Assembly: GCA_007693605.1 (NCBI GenBank)
Contig: REDG01000024.1
Coordinates: forward strand, 13,013-77,012
From: Bradymonadales bacterium
GTDB taxonomy: Bacteria; Bdellovibrionota; UBA2394
Length of the DNA stretch: 64,000 bases
Reading direction: 5' to 3'
Shown: in pieces, positions 58,368-64,000 of the stretch
How the letters are laid out: every line of letters begins with the position of its first letter
Numbering within the stretch: position 1 is the stretch's first letter
Notes under the pieces: model-generated
Told to the model about the DNA's origin: nothing
The model's input: only the letters and a program-made list of their open reading frames with translations
Databases searched by the model: none
Position numbers and translations under genes: made by a program

Positions 58368-61300
58368 CTACATATTTCGGCGGTACTTTCCACCGACCTC
58401 ATACAGAGCATTGGATATCTGGCCGAGACTCGCGACCTTCACAGTCTCCATTAACTCGGCAAATACATTTTCTCCCTTCGTGGCGACACCTTTGAGCTTC
58501 AACAGGGCCGTCTCAGCCGCCTTCTTTCGACTCTGCTGAAACTCCTTAAGATCAGCTAGCCTCTTTTTGCGATCCTCATCGCTAGATCGAGAGAGAGGAA
58601 TTTGATCCAGATTGCCATTCGAATGCTCAGACAGAAAGGTGTTCACACCAATGATGGGCAGCTTGCCGCTATGTTTTAGCTCTTCGTAGAGCAGACTCTC
58701 TTCTTGAATCTTAGAGCGCTGATACTGAGTCTCCATCGCCCCTAAAACTCCCCCACGATCAGAAATTCGATCGAACTCCAAAAGCACGGCCTCTTCTACC
58801 AGTCGTGTCAATTCAGCCATGACAAAAGAGCCTTGAAGAAAGTTTTCGCCGACACTTGTAGGGCCAAACTCCTTTTCGATAATCATCTGAATTGCCATGG
58901 CCCTTCGAACACTCTCCTCTGTAGGAGTGGTGATGGCCTCGTCGTAAGCATTGGTATGAAGCGAGTTGCAGTTGTCATAGATCGCCGTGAGAGCCTGCAA
59001 TGAGGTACGAATGTCATTAAACTCAATTTCAGAAGCGTGCAAACTTCGGCCAGAGGTTTGAATGTGATACTTCAGCTTTTGCGATCTCTCGTTCCCACCG
59101 TAAAGATCTCTCATCGCCACCGCCCAAATTCGTCGAGCCACCCTGCCGATCACGCTGTATTCTGGATCAAGGCCATTACTGAAAAAGAAAGAGAGGTTCG
59201 GTGCGAACTCGTCAATCTTCATGCCCCTCGCCAGATAGTACTCTACGAAAGTGAATCCATTCGCCAGGGTGAAGGCTAGTTGCGTGATGGGGTTCGCCCC
59301 CGCTTCAGCGATATGATAGCCAGAAATACTCACGGAGTAGTAATTTCTGATCTCATTCTCAATAAAGTAGAGCTGAATATCTCCCATCATCTTCAGGGCA
59401 AACTCGGTCGAAAAAATACAAGTGTTTTGCGCCTGATCCTCTTTGAGAATGTCCGCTTGCACCGTTCCCCGAACTTGGCAGAGACTCTCTGCACTAATTT
59501 TCGCCTCTTCCTTTGCTGTCAAAGCACGGCCCAAATCCTTCTTTGCTTTTTCAAGCTGTTGCCGAATCGCCACATTTAAAAACATCGCAAGAATGATCGG
59601 CGCTGGTCCGTTGATTGTCATCGACACTGAGGTTTTCGGATCACAAAGGTCAAAGCCTCGGTAAAGAATCTCCATATCCTCAATGGTGGCGATGCTCACC
59701 CCCGATTCGCCAACCTTTCCATAAATGTCTGGCCTCAAGTCTGGGTCTTCGCCGTAAAGAGTCACCGAGTCAAAAGCCGTCGAAAGCCTCTTGGCTTCGT
59801 CATGCCGACAGAGATAGTGAAATCTCTTATTTGTCTTCTCGGGCGGACCTTCCCCGGCAAACTGTCGCCTGGGCTCTTCGGCTCTTCTCTTGAAAGGATA
59901 GATGCCGGCGGTAAACGGAAAGTATCCGGGAAGATTTTCCTCTCCTAAAAACCTCAAGATCTCGCCCCAATCTGAAAGTCTGGGCAAGGCCACTCGCTGA
60001 AGCTCAAGCCCCGACAAGGACTTTAGTTTTTGCTGGGCCTTCACCTCTTTACCGCGAACGACATAAGTCACCGCTTCTTTTTGATATTCCTCAAATCGAC
60101 TCGGCCAGCTCTTAATCTGGGCCTGTGCCTCCGCCGAAAGCCGACCAAAAACTTTGTCGGCCTCAGCTTGAAGCTCGTCACGGCCAAGTAGGCGTGCAGC
60201 GCTTGAAAGACAATAGGCGTCGTGCGCTGAACTCACATTCTGTCGCAAGCCTTCGTGATACTCTCTGACAACTTTGGCAATTTCAGACAGATAGAAAGTC
60301 CGAGCCGCCGGAACAATTTCTGATGAGACTTCTGTAAGTAGAGGAAACTCGCGTTTGGGTGGCTCCAATTTCGGGCAGTCCTTCAAAATTCGATCTCGAA
60401 TTTTTCGGTAAAGAATCGTTACCCCAGCATCGTTGAAGAGGTTACATCGGGTTCCGACGATTGGCAGATCCTTCTTTTGTTCGGGATCAAACAGCTTTCG
60501 AGCCCGACAATACTGCTTCGTCACGGCCTTAAGAGCGTCTTCACTGCCCCTTCGGTCGTATTTATTGATCGAAATAAAGTCGGCGAAATCAATCATGTCA
60601 ATTTTCTCAAGTTGAGTCGGAGCTCCAAACTCTGAAGTCATCACATAAACCGAAAGATCAGAAACCTCTGTAATCGCGCTCGCAGCCTGACCAATTCCAG
60701 ATGTTTCAACAATGATCAGGTTGAAGCCTCGAGCTCGACTTGCCGCTACAATTTTCTCTATCGAATGAGAAAGCTCGTTGCCACTCTTCCTAGACGCAAT
60801 CGACCTCATATAAACTCGATCAGAATAGATCGAATTCATTCGAATTCGATCTCCCAACAAGGCCCCTCCCGTCTTCTTCTTCGTGGGGTCAACGGAGTAA
60901 ATCGCAATTCTCAGAGATTCGAACTCGTTTAGAAAACGAAGCACCAATTCATCAACGAGGGAACTCTTTCCGGCCCCACCCGTGCCTGTCACCCCCAAGA
61001 CAACCGAGGGAGCAGTCGCCTTAAGAGCCCCAAGCGACTCTGGCTCTTGCTCGATCGCCGTTACAAAACGACCCCAAGCCCCGGTGTCGATACGAATGGA
61101 AGGCGGATCTAAAGGCGGGCGAGAACTTAGGGCCTGCTGAATCATCAACTCGGCCATTCCGGCAAGCCCCAGTTTCATTCCGTCTTCGGGTAAAAAAATC
61201 TTTGCCACCCCGTAGTTCTCAAGCTCCGTCCTTTCGCTGGGCAGAATCACGCCACCCCCCCCACCGAAGACTTGAATCCTCTCCGCTTGATTCTCTTTAA

Positions 61301-61568
61301 GTAGATCGATCAAATACTTGAAGTATTCGATATGCCCCCCCTGATAGGAGCTGATCGCAATCGCATCAGCGTCTTCCTGAAGAGCTGACCGAAGAACTTC
61401 TTCCACACTGCGATTGTGCCCCAGATGAATCACTTCAGCCCCATGATCCTGCAGAAGCCTTCGAATCACATTGATGGCGGCATCATGACCGTCAAACAAA
61501 GAGGCTGCGGTCACAAATCGAGGTGGATATTTGGCCAATTGAGAAAGGGCTTTGGGGGAGGTCGACAT
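58368..61568 (-). CDS. icmF: fused isobutyryl-CoA mutase-type protein: B12-binding domain, MeaB-like GTPase and mutase catalytic domain
   Basis: The N-terminus has the cobalamin-binding DxHxxG-like motif (DGHDAAINV). The middle has the MeaB P-loop GVTGTGGAGKSSLVDEL. The C-terminal barrel is mutase-like (FAGEGPPEKTNKRFHYL...VSMTINGPAPI). 1066 aa. Confidence 0.8.
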   Translation of the reverse strand: MSTSPKALSQLAKYPPRFVTAASLFDGHDAAINVIRRLLQDHGAEVIHLGHNRSVEEVLRSALQEDADAIAISSYQGGHIEYFKYLIDLLKENQAERIQVFGGGGGVILPSERTELENYGVAKIFLPEDGMKLGLAGMAELMIQQALSSRPPLDPPSIRIDTGAWGRFVTAIEQEPESLGALKATAPSVVLGVTGTGGAGKSSLVDELVLRFLNEFESLRIAIYSVDPTKKKTGGALLGDRIRMNSIYSDRVYMRSIASRKSGNELSHSIEKIVAASRARGFNLIIVETSGIGQAASAITEVSDLSVYVMTSEFGAPTQLEKIDMIDFADFISINKYDRRGSEDALKAVTKQYCRARKLFDPEQKKDLPIVGTRCNLFNDAGVTILYRKIRDRILKDCPKLEPPKREFPLLTEVSSEIVPAARTFYLSEIAKVVREYHEGLRQNVSSAHDAYCLSSAARLLGRDELQAEADKVFGRLSAEAQAQIKSWPSRFEEYQKEAVTYVVRGKEVKAQQKLKSLSGLELQRVALPRLSDWGEILRFLGEENLPGYFPFTAGIYPFKRRAEEPRRQFAGEGPPEKTNKRFHYLCRHDEAKRLSTAFDSVTLYGEDPDLRPDIYGKVGESGVSIATIEDMEILYRGFDLCDPKTSVSMTINGPAPIILAMFLNVAIRQQLEKAKKDLGRALTAKEEAKISAESLCQVRGTVQADILKEDQAQNTCIFSTEFALKMMGDIQLYFIENEIRNYYSVSISGYHIAEAGANPITQLAFTLANGFTFVEYYLARGMKIDEFAPNLSFFFSNGLDPEYSVIGRVARRIWAVAMRDLYGGNERSQKLKYHIQTSGRSLHASEIEFNDIRTSLQALTAIYDNCNSLHTNAYDEAITTPTEESVRRAMAIQMIIEKEFGPTSVGENFLQGSFVMAELTRLVEEAVLLEFDRISDRGGVLGAMETQYQRSKIQEESLLYEELKHSGKLPIIGVNTFLSEHSNGNLDQIPLSRSSDEDRKKRLADLKEFQQSRKKAAETALLKLKGVATKGENVFAELMETVKVASLGQISNALYEVGGKYRRNM

Positions 61569-61621
61569 CCCTCAGATATACTTCAGCCTAAAACACAGGC
61601 TCAAGGCTGAAGTCAAAAAAC

Positions 61622-62032
61622 TCAGGCAGGGCTCAAGAGCTCTACCTGAAGCTCCCCTTTGTCACAGGCTGCCCCAACGAGCCGCTTAAAGAGCTCCGCC
61701 TGGGAAGAGTCCCTCCACTGAAACTGAATTCCCAAGATGTTCTGGAGTTTCTTCGAATCGGGAATCATCTGGCAGTATTGAACGATCCCATCAAGAACCA
61801 ATCGTTCGTCACAAAAGCTCAACTCCACTTTAACCTGAGGCTGCAGAAGGAGCTTCGCATCCAGACGAGAGCTCAAAAAGCCACAACCCCCAAGGCTTAA
61901 AGAATAGATGGAACTATTGCGATCAAGACCTTCTAGAACGCGGGCCTTCAAAACCCTCGGTGATGATTTCACTTTGTAACGATCCCATTTTCGACGACTC
62001 TTCATAAGACTCCCCCAAAAAATAGGACCCAC
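61622..62032 (-). CDS. PilZ-domain protein
   Basis: RRKWDR (RxxxR) and SLSLGGCGF (xSxGG) motifs. Confidence 0.55.
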   Translation of the reverse strand: MGPIFWGSLMKSRRKWDRYKVKSSPRVLKARVLEGLDRNSSIYSLSLGGCGFLSSRLDAKLLLQPQVKVELSFCDERLVLDGIVQYCQMIPDSKKLQNILGIQFQWRDSSQAELFKRLVGAACDKGELQVELLSPA

Positions 62033-62182
62033 ACACCTGAGTCAGCTGGACTCAAACCTTTCGGCTCAAGTAGCTAGACTCTCAGTTTGCCTGAATTCGG
62101 CCCAGATGGGAAGCCACCTGAAATCACTCCAGATTTTCATCAGATCGCCCCCAAATCCGGTGGGCCTTTAGCGCCACTCCCT

Positions 62183-62818
62183 TTAGGGGAGAGCTTGAGG
62201 CTGCCTAAACACCTCATTCTCAAACTCTCTCCATAGATTTTCTGACTTTTGAGTTTCAATATCCGCCTGCTTCTTCACTAGAAATCTTTGAATCTGAGGA
62301 GCCGCCCTCGCCAACTCTTCGAAGTAGTCGCGATCCGCCGAAAGAACGGGGTCCAGCTTTTTTGAGAACCGCTCTTTCGAGATGAAAGCTTTCAGAGCAA
62401 GAGTCAGGGGCGTATTGACGGAACTCTCTTCAACGGTCAGAAAGGCTTTATAGAATTGTACCCGACACTGAAGGGCCTTCATTCGAGCCCGCACCAGATT
62501 TTCTGACTTCAAAAATTCATCATCTTCATCAGGGGCAAGAATGGATTGGTGTGCCTCTTGAACACGAAGAGCCGATCGTCTCAACTCTGACGAAAGTCTT
62601 TCTGAGGTCACCAGCTCCAAAAGACTAATCTCGGCCAAGTGAATCGCCTCTCGCTCCATCTGCAAACTAAGATCCAGATGGAGAACTGGGTCAATGACTT
62701 GATTGGAAAACTTCGAAAGCTTTTCTTCCCTGGCGAGCTGTTTAAACCTCTCTCCCACAATCGAGCGAAGCAACTGAGAGAGAAGACGAATATTTCTCTT
62801 TAGAACTTCAGCTTTCAA
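62183..62818 (-). CDS. hypothetical protein co-directional with grpE
   Basis: 211 aa, helical, overlaps the grpE stop. No recognisable family; not HrcA-like. Confidence 0.35.
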   Translation of the reverse strand: MKAEVLKRNIRLLSQLLRSIVGERFKQLAREEKLSKFSNQVIDPVLHLDLSLQMEREAIHLAEISLLELVTSERLSSELRRSALRVQEAHQSILAPDEDDEFLKSENLVRARMKALQCRVQFYKAFLTVEESSVNTPLTLALKAFISKERFSKKLDPVLSADRDYFEELARAAPQIQRFLVKKQADIETQKSENLWREFENEVFRQPQALP

Positions 62819-63437
62819 CTCTTTTCCCTACCACGACCTTTCCTGCGAGAAGGAGTTTTTCTCCCAAAAAGTAGGCCGGCTGAAAAACATCCACAAGCTT
62901 TCCATCCAGTTCATCTTGTTCAATCGTCTTCACCTGAACGGCCTCATGAATAGTCGGATCAAACTCATCGCCAGGCTTTCCCCTCTCACTCAAACCTGCG
63001 CTTTGCAAATCAGCTACCAATTTCTTCTGAAGCAGACGAATACCGGCTTGAAGATCTTCAAGATTCTCAGAATCGACAGACGCCACTCTATCGAGCTGCG
63101 CAATCAGCTGTAAAAATGGGCTGAGCACACTCGCTACCTTTGCAAAAATCTTCTGGTCCATCTCTCGACTTAATCGTCCCTCAATTTCTCGCCGGTCTTC
63201 TTCCATCTTTTTTACGAATCGCCGCAGCTCTTCAATCTTTGGCTCGTAAAGGGAGGCCTGCTCTTCTAAGGCCTTTTCAGTGGCAAGTTTCAGGTCGAAA
63301 TCTGTTGTTTCATGCTGAAACTGGGTCTCGGCACTCGCATCTTCTGAGCCCTCAAGAGTCTCTGAGCTCTCTTCTCTGGGCTCTCCAGAGCGGATATCCT
63401 CATTGCGATCGTCTTCCTTTTCAGTCAAATTATCCAT
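62808..63437 (-). CDS. grpE: nucleotide exchange factor GrpE
   Basis: Acidic N-terminus, long helix, and the C-terminal GKPGDEFDPTIHEAV....GY.L.DRVLRPA-like beta domain. Confidence 0.8.
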   Translation of the reverse strand: MDNLTEKEDDRNEDIRSGEPREESSETLEGSEDASAETQFQHETTDFDLKLATEKALEEQASLYEPKIEELRRFVKKMEEDRREIEGRLSREMDQKIFAKVASVLSPFLQLIAQLDRVASVDSENLEDLQAGIRLLQKKLVADLQSAGLSERGKPGDEFDPTIHEAVQVKTIEQDELDGKLVDVFQPAYFLGEKLLLAGKVVVGKRVES

Positions 63438-63491
63438 GGCCGTAAGTTAAACAGACCGCTAGCTTTGTCAATCAGGAGGCATCCAACAGTT

Positions 63492-64000
63492 TTGAGTTCA
63501 GCCAATATCCAGCTCTCAGATAAGCAAAAGAGGGCCGTCACTAGCCCCTCAAAGGCCTTATTGATCTTGGCGGGGCCGGGGACGGGCAAGACGAAAGTCC
63601 TTATTTCCAAGATTGTTCACTTGCTTGAACAAGGGCTAGACCCCCAAAAGATCCTCGCCGTCACCTTCTCTCGAAAGGCGGTCACCGAGATGGAGGACAG
63701 ACTGTTTCTTCAAAAGCCTGAAGTCTCTGGCCTGCTTCCAGTAAAGACAATTCACGCCTTGTGCCTAGAGATCGTTCAAACTCATGGATTTCGAATGGGA
63801 CTGGGCCAAAACCTTCGCCTCATGACGGAAGCCCAATCTTTTCTTTTGTTTAGAGAACTCGCCAAAGACCTTCCTCTTGACCGATTCACAAAGAGTTCCA
63901 ACATCGACGGAACACTCAATGAACTTTTAAAGCTTCTCAGTCAGATCAAAGACGCAGGACTGTGGCCAGAGGATGTTCTTTCGTTTGCCTCACAACTCAA
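63492..64000 (+). CDS. UvrD/PcrA/Rep-family DNA helicase, N-terminal part (runs off the window)
   Basis: Walker A ILAGPGTGKTKVL and a downstream AVTFSRKAVTEMEDRL motif. No stop codon before the window end. Confidence 0.7.
   Translation, partial: MSSANIQLSDKQKRAVTSPSKALLILAGPGTGKTKVLISKIVHLLEQGLDPQKILAVTFSRKAVTEMEDRLFLQKPEVSGLLPVKTIHALCLEIVQTHGFRMGLGQNLRLMTEAQSFLLFRELAKDLPLDRFTKSSNIDGTLNELLKLLSQIKDAGLWPEDVLSFASQL

Overview
This window looks like a chromosomal segment of a ~50% GC Gram-negative bacterium, possibly Bdellovibrio-like given the gene content, though that attribution is weak. Most of it is dense core genes on both strands: trxB (truncated at the left edge), ferredoxin, two PilZ proteins, a subtilisin, maf-yggS, nadK, a PP2C phosphatase, rapZ, metK-ahcY, a Fur-family regulator, a Hanks Ser/Thr kinase, long-form ispG, a CDF transporter, serS, a 1148-aa TPR protein, a seven-gene nuo membrane-arm cluster (A,H,J,K,L,M,N), phaR, dksA, coaBC, a fused isobutyryl-CoA-mutase (IcmF-type), grpE and the start of a UvrD-like helicase. 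Embedded in this are several accessory or unusual regions. First, two tandem ~600-aa proteins have bona fide flagellin/FlgL-type N- and C-terminal helical domains but a seven-repeat FG-GAP (integrin-alpha-type) beta-propeller replacing the variable domain. Second, a block of at least ten uncharacterised proteins, most with predicted signal peptides (17.8-28.2 kb), interleaved with a Fur-family regulator and an AlkD-like gene. Third, an AT-richer island (28.4-34.7 kb) ends at tRNA-Phe. It carries two DUF4143 AAA ATPases flanking a tripartite hipB-hipS-hipT toxin-antitoxin operon, which has ATGA-coupled overlaps and three palindromic operator-like sites in its promoter. The tRNA-Phe locus has a 24-nt duplicate of its 3' end downstream and two tandem ~97-bp repeats carrying its 5' 20 nt upstream. 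Fourth, a 400-bp gene-free palindromic region between phaR and dksA shares a short repeat motif with a site near grpE. No rRNA, CRISPR array or recognisable IS/transposase genes were seen.
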